NCBI RefSeq assembly: GCF_009834535.1
Contig: NC_045707.1
Coordinates: forward strand, 53,012,001-53,076,000
Reading direction: 5' to 3'
From: Camelus ferus
Taxonomy: Eukaryota
DNA length: 64,000 nucleotides
Part shown: positions 40,391 through 51,632 of the stretch, one piece after another
Layout of the letters: each line of letters starts with the position of its first letter
Position numbering within the stretch: position 1 is the first letter of the stretch
The notes under the pieces: generated by a model
Told to the model about the DNA's origin: nothing
The model's database searches: none
What the model saw: only the letters and a program-made list of their open reading frames with translations
Position numbers and translations under genes: made by a program

Positions 40391-41898
40391 TCTAGGAAAT
40401 AATGATTCAGGACATTCTGGGATTTCTTCTTTTGTAGCATTCTTGGGGTTCTATTAAAATCATCGAGAATTTGGTGACTCTTTTGAGAGGGTTTCTATTT
40501 AACAATAATGCTTTATATTTGAGTAGCATCTTCTGGTTTCCAAAATGGTTTTATGTACCCTTTCTTATTTCATCCTCAGAATAGCAGTAAGAACACGGGG
40601 CAGCTGCAGGCTGAACCGAATTCATCCAGGGACACCTGTGGATTTTGGCTACACTTTGGAGAAGGGGGCACAGAGCTTCCCAGAGCTTTGCTAGAATTGC
40701 CCCAGTTCATGCGGCTTATGGAAAAGCCAGGGGAAGAAGGGGCTCTAGGGATTTCCCTCCCCAGCCCACAGTCATTTTGCAGTAACAAAGTAGAAAATTT
40801 GATTCAGCGTGAGGCTTGGGCTGGGCTTGCCAAGCTGTGAGGCTGCCTACCTTCCTTCCTTTTTTTGGTGACGTTTTACTGAGTTTAGCTTGGTGTCGGG
40901 TTGTGACCATGGTACGTCTGCATGGAGTACTTCCGGCTGCAAAGCAGGAACACTGCTCCATGAGGCATCTGGGGGAAGAGGGCAAGGCTGTCTTCCCTGG
41001 GGTTGGGGGGGGGGGGGACATGCACTGTGAACACTTTCTGAAACAGCAAGGTGTATAATCTGACAGAACCGGGGAGACCCCTGTTCCACCTGCCTCACGG
41101 GTTGGGCAGTGACCTCACGAGGTGGGTTGGTTTGATGTCTGGGTGAGCAGAAGCCACCCCTGGAACCCGACACAACAGGCAGTGAATGTGCTCTGAGTGG
41201 GCGTCTGAATATCTGAAAATAAATTTGGAAGTTACAGAGCTGGCTGGGCCCATGCCTGCTCTGCTGGGGGATGGTCACCCTGAGGCCGCTCAGAGACAGA
41301 GCAGTTCCTTCTGTGAAGTCCAGAACAAATACGCACCTGACTCCAGGCTTGACTGTGTCCCTGAGGGTTAGGTGGATGTGGGCCGTTTATTGACCAGGGG
41401 TGGTCACCAGCCAGGGGTCTTGTGGTTTCTCTCTCCTCACCTGTCCCTCTGATGTCCCTTCCAGAGTTTGACGCGGACACTGTCACCTGGCTGTGGCTTG
41501 TGGGTGGGGACCTGGGTTCCAGGCCTGTGTCTCCCACTAACTGAACAGCTCTGGGGAGTTTGGCTCATTGGCTCTGAACCTCTGCCACCACCTGTGAACT
41601 GATGTGCACGATGGAAATTCTGTGGCTTTAGGATGCATTTTGTGGTATTAGTGTTCAGTGTGTGTTTTACCAGCGGGAGGACAGGGCTAAGGCACCTGTG
41701 GTTTAAGAGCTGAGTCCTAGCAGGATCTGCCACAGGACGGGCGAGTCTGGGGTCCTGCGCTATTTAATCAGCCTCACTGGCCCTGGTCCCGCAGGCGGGC
41801 CGTGCGCAGGAGGGACCAGGGATCCGAGGGGGCGGCGAGCAGGGTGCCGGTGACCTGGGGGCGCCACATCCTGACCTGCCCTGCGTGTTGTGTTGCAG

Positions 41899-42058
41899 CA
41901 ACATGGCCAACGCCCTGGCCAACGCCAGCTGTGAGCGCTGCCGGGGCGGCTTCGCTCCCGCCGAGAAGATGGTGAACAGCAGCGGCGAGCTGTACCACGA
42001 GCAGTGCTTCGTGTGCGCCCAGTGCTTCCAGCAGTTCCCGGAGGGCCTGTTCTACGAG
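41899..42058 (+). CDS. LIMS1: Common exon 2 (160 nt; core ATG at 41903), LIM1 N-terminal part
   Basis: TTGCAG|C acceptor, GAG|GTGGGT donor; [53 protein letters not shown]. Confidence 0.97.
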
Positions 42059-42404
42059 GTGGGTCCGGGCCGCACCCGCCCTCCCCTTCCCCTCGCCGTC
42101 ACTCCCAGCGGGGCTGCTCCTGCCCCAGGCCCCCTCGCCAGCCCTGCAGCTGCCCCTCCGCGGAGTATCGCTCCCCACCACCTCCACAGCCCACCTCTTG
42201 TCTGGAGACTCCATTTCGGTGGGGGGACCTCGTCCGTATCCAGCTCTGCTCTGTGTTTTCCAAATCCATGTTCTTGCTGATCCCGTGGGTATTTACCACC
42301 CGGTCGACACTTCTTTGTGTTTGTTCAGACCAGTCCTGAAACCCCCTTCCCACATCTGCTTTTGGGACTGGTCTGGGAATGACCCGCCCGTGAATGTGGA
42401 TGCT

Positions 42405-42428
42405 TGTGTGTGTGTGTGTGTGTGTGTG
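42405..42428 (+). repeat. (TG)12 microsatellite with degenerate TG-rich flank to about 42530
   Basis: Direct observation. Confidence 0.9.
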
Positions 42429-45115
42429 CGCATGTGTGTGCATGGACATGTGTGGTCAGCCCCACGCATGCTAGTGTGTGTTACCCACGTGTGTGTCTCT
42501 GGGGTGATATGTGTACACACAGTTGTGTGACAGCCAGAGATAGCACTTGTTTGATTTCTTCTTTCGAGCAGATTCTAAGTTCCCCTGTGTTAGGAGCCAT
42601 TCCTGAGGAAGGAAGGGTAATTTTTAAAGGTCATTAGTCAGTCAGCTGTTTGCCTGTCAGTCAGCGTTTCCCACAGAAACAGTGACCCCGGGAGGGGCTC
42701 CCGGCCAGCCTGCGGGAGGCTGCTTCCTGTCACGGGGACGTGAAATGCAGAGCTGAGTGTGTCTAGGGACGTGGCTCTGGAGCGTGCATTGGGGAATGCT
42801 GTTTGATTCACTCAAACACGCTTTTGCAACCCCTGCTGTGCCCCAGAAACACGCATCCCCTACAAGAACTCCAGCAGTAGGAATGGAGTCTCTTTTTCTG
42901 TCAAGGGTGATGGCTTGTTACGGGGGAGGTGACAAGGGACAGTTTGGGTGGATGGAAGCAGAGGACGAAGGCAAGGGGTGGGGGTGAGGGACCCCTGAGG
43001 CTGTGGGAGGGCAGGGCTGTGTGGGTGACGTGAGGGGCAGCAGGGGGAGAAGGGGGTGGGGGGTGTAGGGAGCCACACAGAGCCCCCCAGTCTCTGAGCC
43101 TGTGACAAGGTCAGACCCCAGAGCACGTTTAAGGGACTCATGGGAACTCGCCTCTTCTTCCTGGACACCTACAGGTGTTGAAGCGTCCTGACAGCAGGAG
43201 AGTTGTAACACAGACGAGTTAGAACCTAGTTTGGTCCCCTAGTGTCCAATATGGGTATCCGTCCCCAACATAACCTTTTCAGATCTAAGGCTTTTTATTG
43301 AAGTGGGTAATTATGGCCAAGGCCCATCCACCTCCAGTACAAGGAATATTTGTAAAATGTCCAGTCCTGGTGACATGAGCAGCTGGTAAACGCCATTTCC
43401 AGGGGGAGTATGTGTCCAGCCCATGGGCCCTAACACTGACCGTGGGGCCACCACACTGGTTCATTAACTTGACTTCATGGCATTTGAGGTTTTCTCCAGT
43501 AAAACGATTATCTTAATTTTTTCTGCAAAGAAAATGTTTCATGAAATTAAGTGGGACCAACAGTCACCAAGTGACATGACTCCAGCCAGGTTACGGACGG
43601 GGTGGACTGAACGAATGGACCTGTGGCCAGGCCACCTTCTCCAGCTTGGCCCAGGACACGCCGGGGGCGGGAGTCTTGGTTCACACCTCAGGTTTCTTTG
43701 TTTCTCAGTTTGAATTTCCCAAATGGGACCTTTTTTCCTATCACAAATGCATAACAGGAAAGACCAGTTTATGGTGAGTGATTTAATGGAAAGACCTTTT
43801 ACAGAGAGGTTTCTTCCCTCATTTCCTCCAGTACGGGGTCCTGATTAATCAGGAAGCCGAAACCTGGGAGGGGAGACCAGCTGGGAGCCTTTCCAGCCAC
43901 AGACCTCACAGCCGCTTACTGCAAACCAGTGAGGACTTGATGCACCGCACTTGAAATGAGACCATCAGCTCAGTGTCTAACTGTGAGCTTGCTTTCTTTA
44001 AAGCAGCAGAATTCTTTTCTCCCCCATAGTGAGTCTTCACAGAACTCCAAACAAAACTTAGAACAGTTAACAGCAGGGCTGTTCTTGGCTGAAGTTCACC
44101 CTCCTGGTCCCCGCAAGTGGTGGGTCCCAGACTCTCAGCATTTTGTTAAAACACTACTCATTTGGGGCATTATTTCTTATTCTGTAGGCCGATTGTATGT
44201 TATACCGGTGTCCAGTTGCAGCGTGAAGTTGCCTACAAAGGCAGATATTATTCATGGAAGCTTGATTCCTCCAACTGGATGATTTCTGACTTTTCTTCCT
44301 TTTACATCCTAGAGTTTTACATTTGGTCACTTCTCCACACTGTAGAAAGAGGCAGCTCATTGGAGCAAAAGGAGCTCCCGCTCTGGTCATCCTCACCAGG
44401 GACACACCCCGGGCCGTGCAGGGCACTGCCGTAGGGATGGCTTCAAGGGAACCCTCTTCTGAACCCGATTCTGGTTTCAAGGAACCAGTTTCTGGATTCT
44501 TCTTCCTAAAATTGATTTGCCTGATAATATTCTTGAATTCACGTTAGCACTCACCCTCCCACTTGCCAGAAGAGAGGGATCTCCCTGCGGTGAGTTCACT
44601 GGGACACCAGTCAGAGGAGATTTGGCGGCCCTAACCCACAAGGCTTCCGTCTTCCCCGCCGTCTGTGCTTTCTTTTGAGACAAGCCTGGCTTGGGGCCGT
44701 GCTGAGTGCTCTGTGGGCAGGTGTACGGCTCATGTAAGAACATGGGGAGACAACTGTCTTTTAGTACTTGGCTGTTTCATCCCCTAATTTCAAAAGGACA
44801 CAAACTTCCAAAGCAGACAGCGCAGGGGAGAGAGGTTGTGAAGGGTGAGTGTGTCCCGAGCCCCAGCAGAGCGTCCACAGCAGAGCAGGTGCGAGACTCC
44901 AGGCCCTCAGGACAGGCAGCCCCCGGGTCAGCCAGGCTGGGGGCCACATTGGCGTCCTCGCCCCCACCGCATGCTGCCCGTCGGGACGCCCCTCACCTTT
45001 CCTGCCTCCTCCTGACAGCACAGCACACATGCCCCCCGCTGGGCTCACCTTCGCTTTGTTTTTTCAGGTCGTGTGTGTCTTTCTCGTTCATTAAATGCAA
45101 AGCAGCTGCTCATTG

Positions 45116-45374
45116 TTTCTTTACTTTTTCTCATTAAACTTTTCAGTCATGGGCCTCAAAATTCTGACAGGTTTTTGGTCAAGTCATTTCCATTAAAAAG
45201 TACTGATTTTAAAAACTAATGACTTACACACACGCACACAGGTCCACAAGGTGCTCGCCTGTCCTGAAGGCTCAGGTGCGTGGCTCTCATTGACCAGCTT
45301 TTCAGTATTGACCTTCAGTGACGGTGGAGACGGTTCTGTCTCCCCTCCCGCTGATCGAGACTGGGTGGCAGGTA
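45116..45374 (-). pseudogene. 5'-truncated processed retrocopy of the EEF1A1 3'UTR
   Basis: TTTTTGGTCAAGTCATTTCCATTAAAAAGTACTGATTTTAAAAACTAAT and CTGGGTGGCAGGTA match the reverse complement of the EEF1A1 mRNA 3' end as recalled. A T-rich remnant sits at the poly(A) position. Confidence 0.85.
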
Positions 45375-46762
45375 CAAAGTTGATCCTTCTAACTAAATTA
45401 ATGGAGTTATTTCTGAGCTCTTATATTTTATTTCTTTTTGAAGTTACTGCTTAAAAGCTCAATATTAGATTTCTGTGTAGGTACATAATATGCATTCAGC
45501 AAGGGAGTTTATCTCCTTGTAAATAACTTCTACTTTGGGCTGCATATTACAGTGCATTTTGACCAGATATGGAGTGATAACATACTGGTCTATTATATTC
45601 TGTTTGTAACTTTAAAAAAGAGATTCATTAAATGTATTAGAGATCATTCATTTGAATTTAGAAATGAAATAAGACTTCTTTTCTCACACAAAATAAACCT
45701 GCTTTACCTGGAATGCCAGTTTAGCTGTAGTGGATACTTTTGATAAACTGAATGAGCTGAAGCTGCAGCTCATTTCAAATAATTGAGGAAATTGAATTGA
45801 CAGCTGGTACATCATTAAAAATGGGTTCTGATAGTCAGTGTGTGAGTTTTGACATATAACTTCCAAGGTGCTCGAAGATTCAAGGGAAGACATTACATCA
45901 TTCCCGTGACTTATTTATGTAAAAAGGATACAGGCAGCCCCCAAAACAGAAAATAAAGCCTAGGGCTACTGTTGGACCCTGAGTTTTCCAGCAGTAAGTC
46001 ACCTTTATCTGCAGATGCATGACATAATCATGAGGGTAAAGAACATACGCTTTTCATGTAAATAATTAAATAGTAAGTTTAGCATTTGTAACATATTTAT
46101 GTTTCCATCACTCGTGTACCAATCATCACTATCATGATAACTCAGTCCAGGAGAAAAAGGACGTTAACCTTTAGGGCCTTATGGATTCAGAAATTAAAAC
46201 AAACTTTAACGTCTCACTAGATAATTGCAGAGAAGTATAACAGGGTGATGTGTTAAAGGCATTAGCGTGAAAAGTGCTGTGGTAGCATAAAGCCTCCTGG
46301 AAAATGAAATGCAAACAGTTCAAGGAGAGAAATGAAGGATAAACCTTCCAACTGTTAGAAAAGAATACGTTTATTTTTTAAGGTGCGTTTTGGTCTCACT
46401 TAAAAATGTTTAAATATAAAATATGACAATATTGACTATGGATTTTTTTTTTTTAATGTGGGAAGGGGTTTGTAAGTTTGTGCACATTTTCTGGGGGAGA
46501 GGGGTCTGTACCTGTCCTGGGATTCATCGGGGTGGAGCCTGTGAAACAGTAGTCGGGCCCCAAGGTGCGAGGTGTGGGTTTCCGGCGCCCACACGGAGGC
46601 ATGTGGAAGGGACGAGGGTAGGCCTGCTCCACACATCCCGGGAGAGCTGCAGGTCCCGGGCACAGCTCTCAGCTCAGAGACACCCTGCTGTGACTCCGTG
46701 GGGTAAGGACATCCCTCCCGTGACGATTCCCTGCTGACAGTCGGCGGTGCTTTGCGTTTCAG

Positions 46763-46829
46763 TTTGAAGGGAGGAAGTACTGTGAGCACGACTTTCAGAT
46801 GCTCTTCGCCCCTTGCTGTCATCAATGTG
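46763..46829 (+). CDS. LIMS1: Exon 3 (67 nt)
   Basis: TTTCAG| acceptor, G|GTAAGT donor; [22 protein letters not shown]. Confidence 0.97.
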
Positions 46830-46998
46830 GTAAGTCCGCTGCGGAGCCCGCAGGACGGTCAGCGCAGTGAAGGTGGGGACCTCACTCACTCCCCTGGGCT
46901 CCAGCCCCGCCCCAGTGAACAGCGCTGAGACCCTTCATCAGCCCCCGTCCCCATCACTAACAAACACTGACAGCCTGGAGGAGCGAAGCCCCAGAGAA

Positions 46999-47786
46999 CT
47001 GACCCCAGGCGGAGAGCTGACCCCAGGGAGAGAGAGCTGACCCCAGGGAGGGAGAACTGACCCCAGGGAGAGAACTGACCCCAAGGAGGGAGAGCTGACC
47101 CCAGGGAGGGAGAACTGACCCCAGGGAGAGAGAGCTGACCCCAGGGAGAGAGAGCTGACCCCAGGGAGGGAGAACTGACCCCAGGGAGAGAACTGACCCC
47201 AAGGAGGGAGAGCTGACCCCAGGGAGGGAGAACTGACCCCAGGGAGAGAGAGCTGACCCCAGGGAGAGAACTGACCCCAGGGAGAGAGAGCTGACCCCAG
47301 GGAGAGAGAGCCGACCCCAGGGAGAGAACTGACCCCAAGGAGGGAGAGCTAACCCCAGGGAGGGAGAACTGACCCCAGGGAGAGAACTGACCCCAGGGAG
47401 GGAGAACTGACCCCAGGGAGAGAGAGCTGACCCCAGGGAGAGAACTGACCCCAGGGAGAGAGAGCTGACCCCAGGGAGAGAGAGCCGACCCCAGGGAGAG
47501 AACTGACCCCAAGGAGGGAGAGCTGACCCCAGGGAGGGAGAACTGACCCCAGGGAGAGAACTGACCCCAGGGAGGGAGAACTGACCCCAGGGAGAGAGCT
47601 GACCCCAGGGAGGGAGAACTGACCCCAGGGAGAGAGAGCTGACCCCAGGGAGAGAGAACTGACCCCAGGGAGAGAGAGCTGACCCCAGGAAGAGAGCTGA
47701 CCCCAGGGAGGGAGAGCTGACCCCAGGGAGAGAACTGACTCCCGGGAGAGAGCTGACCCCAGGCAGACAGCTGACTCCAGGGAGAG
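46999..47786 (+). repeat. 18/20-bp minisatellite (CTGACCCCAGGGAGAGAGAG and variants), about 41 copies, in intron 3
   Basis: Directly visible tandem units; explains the repetitive minus-strand ORFs 46886-47958. Confidence 0.97.
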
Positions 47787-48202
47787 GTGTCTCAGGACTG
47801 ACAGGACGTCTGTTCCATGACCCCCTGGAACAGTCTTTCCCTGTCAATGCCCAAGGCTTGGCATCAGAGAGATGCCTGCATGTTACCCGCACCCCCACCT
47901 TGGCCTCCAGAGATGGAGACACCAGGAACAGCACTGAGAAGGTTGGACAAAGGAGCATTTAAGTACACATTACAAGAAAGTGAGTTTCCTTTGTGAGTTG
48001 CTGAGGACGAGACATCATCCAGCATCTCGTTTGGGAAAGGCAGGCAGATTCAGGGATGTGGTGAGGCAGCTGCAGAACCAGGACCTGATGGAAGAAAACG
48101 TTTCCCAGCGTCGCGCTCCCGCGGTGGGCACAGCGGGGAGGTGCTCGCGAGTCTGCCGTCTCCGAGCGCGAGGGGCTGCATCGTCTGTGTCACTTTCCGC
48201 AG

Positions 48203-48323
48203 GTGAATTCATCATTGGCCGGGTCATCAAAGCCATGAACAACAGCTGGCATCCCGAGTGCTTCCGCTGTGACCTCTGCCAGGAGGTCCTGGCTGACATC
48301 GGCTTTGTCAAGAACGCCGGGAG
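48203..48323 (+). CDS. LIMS1: Exon 4 (121 nt), LIM2
   Basis: CCGCAG| acceptor, AG|GTAGGC donor; [41 protein letters not shown]. Confidence 0.97.
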
Positions 48324-48349
48324 GTAGGCGCGGTCCCCTGCCAGCGGGG

Positions 48350-48545
48350 CGGGCAGCTCCCGGGTGACCGCGCCCTCCTGGAGTCACTGCGTTCTCCCCA
48401 GGGCTGCAGGCAGCTCTGGGATCACTGCGTCGTCCCAGGATTGTTGGAGGCTGCAGGGTCACTTCGTCCTCCCGGGGCCACCGTGTCCTCCCAGGGCTGC
48501 GGGCAGCTCTGGGGTCACCGCTTCCTCCCGGGGCTGCGGGCGGGG
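48350..48545 (+). repeat. Degenerate GC-rich tandem repeat (GGCAGCTCTGGGGTCACCGC...CCCAGGGCTGC)
   Basis: Recurring GGCAGCTC, GTCAC and CCCAGGGCTGC motifs just downstream of exon 4. Confidence 0.6.
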
Positions 48546-48855
48546 TTCCTGAGGCTGCGGCACCGGTGCGTCTGGTGCGCGTGCCGGTCTCGGAGGTGCC
48601 CACACTCCTGCACAGGGGTGCGCGGCTGCCAAAGGGGGTTTCTTAAGGCTCAGCCTGATCATCTCGGTTGGAATAAATAACTCATCGTGTAAAAAGCGGT
48701 GGCTTGATTCTGCTCTTTCAAGCGCAGCAGTCATTTTTAAAGAAATGATTTCGTTAATTTCTTTTCAGAGGTATGGGAAGCATTTTTTTACTTACTAGGA
48801 GGAACCTTAGATTTAAATGAAGGGCTCTCATGCAGCTCTGGCTCTGTCTGTACAG

Positions 48856-49005
48856 ACATCTGTGCCGCCCCTGCCATAACCGGGAGAAAGCCAGAGGCCT
48901 GGGGAAGTACGTCTGCCAGAAGTGCCACGCCCTCATCGACGACCAGCCCCTGATTTTCAAGAACGACCCCTTCCATCCAGACCACTTCAGCTGCGCCAGC
49001 TGCGG
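48856..49005 (+). CDS. LIMS1: Exon 5 (150 nt), LIM2/LIM3
   Basis: TACAG| acceptor, GG|GTACTG donor; [50 protein letters not shown]. Confidence 0.96.
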
Positions 49006-50168
49006 GTACTGCCAGGCTCGCCTTTTCTCTCGCACAGGTGGTGGGAATAGAGGGTCAGGTTTATCTGCAGTATTTCTGACTTTTAATCAGGAAAACCTTA
49101 AACCTGTAGAAGAGTCAAGAGAATGAGTAGAGAGGGTCCCGACACACCCTCCATTCAGTAACGTAGTTAGCAGTGTCCACACCTGAGTATGTGTGTCCCC
49201 GTGTGCACGTGCAGGACACCTTCAGTCAGTTCACAGTGGAATATCCCCAGTTATCCCCCAGACTTCTCCGTCACTAGGTTTTCCAGTACAGGAGGCCCCC
49301 CCCCAAAAAAACTTAACAACGGTCTTACCTTTGTTCATACACAACTTTCATGGTTGTAAGAGGTAGAGCTTTATCTTAAATTGCATGTGTTTATTTTTGT
49401 TTTATTTACATCTGAAGGGGATTTTTTTTCCTTCAAAAACTCAAGATGAATTTTTAGGCCATGAGCTTTGGAATTTGTTGTCTGGTGTGAAAATGTAACG
49501 GAAGCAGAGACTCGGCTGGTGTTAACGTGAAGGTCCACACTGTGTTCTGGGGGTAGGGAGGTGAGGAAGGGCAGGGTTCAGTTTGTGCCTTGTCTCATTT
49601 TCCTGCCTGCCCTCCCTGCTCACTTTTCACTAGCCCGCCTCCTAAAGAATCTTTTAAAACATGAAATGCATCTTGTTTGGGGCCGTCTCTGGCTGCCTGC
49701 TCACTCACCCAGAGACTGAAGATAACGGTGCACTTCAGCACTGGAGGAGGAGCAGTCTGGGCCGGCATTTGTGTATTTTCTGTTAACCTGTAACTGCCCC
49801 TGCAGCTTGTCCGCCAGCGCTAGTCAGTGGAACAGCCCCACAGTCCTCGATTACTTTGTGGAGAGCTGGTGTCTGCGAGCCCGTGCTCAGCACTGGGACC
49901 GCCTTCTGCAGCCCTCTGAAGGGGACGCGTGGGCATGACCGGCTTGGCATGTCACCTGGCCCGCTCACACATTTGTCACACGTGATACTTGTGTTCTGAC
50001 CAGACCCGAAGCTTGTGCGAGCCTGTGGGTCAGGCTGCTCTGATCACCTCCGGGGGTAGCGAGGAAGCCCGGGGCTTGTGGGAGTGGCCCCTCCTGGGGG
50101 GGGGCTGGCCACACTGGCCGCCCCTCCCTCTCGGGGTGGTGCTCAGCTGGCGTCTTCCCCGCGGACAG

Positions 50169-50319
50169 GAAGGAGCTGACCGCTGACGCCCGGGAGCTGA
50201 AGGGGGAGCTGTACTGCCTGCCCTGTCACGACAAGATGGGGGTCCCGATCTGCGGCGCCTGCCGCCGGCCCATCGAGGGGCGCGTGGTCAACGCCATGGG
50301 CAAGCAGTGGCACGTGGAG
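50169..50319 (+). CDS. LIMS1: Exon 6 (151 nt), LIM3/LIM4
   Basis: GACAG| acceptor, GAG|GTGAGT donor; [50 protein letters not shown]. Confidence 0.97.
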
Positions 50320-50726
50320 GTGAGTCCTGTGGCATCGCGCCGCCGTGCCTGTGGATGGGCAAGGTTGGGAGATGCTGGAGAGTGAGCGTGGGCGTCTTAC
50401 TGGCCATCACCTTGGTGGGAAACGAGGACCATAGACTGTGCACTGACCTGTGGTCCCGGCGACGACACAGGCAGTGCTTTTGTTCCTGGATCCTGGAGGT
50501 GAGAGGTGTTGTGGTCCAGTCCAGCAGAGGCCTCTGTGTTCGCTCTGCCCTCGGTCTGCTGTTCAGCAAGGCCCCCGGGCGCTGGAGTGAGTGCCACAGG
50601 GCTGCCTGGGGCCAAACGAGGTCACTGCCTCGGGCTTCCATTTCTCCTCTTGAGGCTTTGGGGCTTTGCTTCATCAAGTAAATAAGACATGGCAATCTGC
50701 AAGTGACTGAATGCACTTTCTTTCAG

Positions 50727-50819
50727 CATTTTGTTTGCGCCAAGTGTGAAAAACCATTTCTTGGACATCGCCACTATGAACGGAAGGGCCTGGCGTACTG
50801 TGAAACCCACTACAACCAG
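50727..50819 (+). CDS. LIMS1: Exon 7 (93 nt), LIM4
   Basis: TTTCAG| acceptor, CAG|GTACTG donor; [31 protein letters not shown]. Confidence 0.97.
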
Positions 50820-50914
50820 GTACTGACTGGGCTCCCGGGACGCGGCGTGTGCCTGCGGGAGTGTGCGCTTGGCAGCATCGTAGCTGCAGGGAGAGCTCGT
50901 GGTCTGTAGAGGTT

Positions 50915-51420
50915 TGCTGTTAACTTTTTATCTGGAAAATCATTCCGGACTCACGGAAAGGTTGCAAAACAAAAACTCAAAGAAAACCCTGGTATGTTTT
51001 ACTCAGGTACACTATTTGCACTTCCTGCTGTCTTTGTAAAAACACACGCTTACATAAATGCACATTTCATTATGTGCAAATTTATGCGTACACAGAAACA
51101 AATACATGCATATTTTTTTCTGCAGCGTTTGATGAGAAGTTCATGGTCCTTTACCCCTAAATACCTCCGGTATATCTCCCAGGAACATGGAGCTCTCGTG
51201 TGTGCCTGGCTATTGTTGTTGATCACTTTAATCTGCTCATTCCAGTTCTGTCACTTGGCCCAGTCATGTCCCCTCAGCGTTTCCCCACTCCAGTACCAGA
51301 CCCAGGCCAGAGTTTTCCTGTTCCCTTAACCTCCCGAAATCTGGGACATTTCCAGAGCCTTTTTTTGTTTTGGGTCATGACGAACTATTTTCATTGGAAG
51401 AAGTAAAAACTCATCCATGA
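50915..51420 (-). mobile_element. Ancient LINE-1 (L1ME/MC-like) fragment
   Basis: AACTTTTTATCTGGAAAATCATTCCGGACTCACGGAAAGGTTGCAAAA; CCTTTACCCCTAAATACCTC. Confidence 0.6.
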
Positions 51421-51583
51421 ACTTTTACTCATTTCTTCTAGTAATGGTGGATTCTGGACTGAGTTAGCCAGCTGCTTGTTTTTAAGTGGTACAAGGAGCT
51501 GAAGTCATAGTAAGTGCTTGCCATTCTGATACTTAGTGGTAACACACCTTTAATTTTTACCATTTTTTTTCTTCCATTTTCAG

Positions 51584-51632
51584 CTATTTGGTGATGTTTG
51601 CTTCCACTGCAACCGTGTCATAGAAGGTGACG
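51584..51632 (+). CDS. LIMS1: Exon 8 (49 nt), LIM5 start
   Basis: Long pyrimidine tract + CAG| acceptor, G|GTAAGG donor; LFGDVCFHCNRVIEGD. Confidence 0.97.

Noticed and set aside
46999..47786. CRISPR-like array
   Set aside because: Units are contiguous with no unique spacers, there are no cas genes, and the context is a mammalian intron.
46886..47958. 208-aa and 333-aa minus-strand ORFs
   Set aside because: Translations of the minisatellite (SLGS/PWGQ/PGVS repeats); stop-free by unit composition, with no evidence of a gene.
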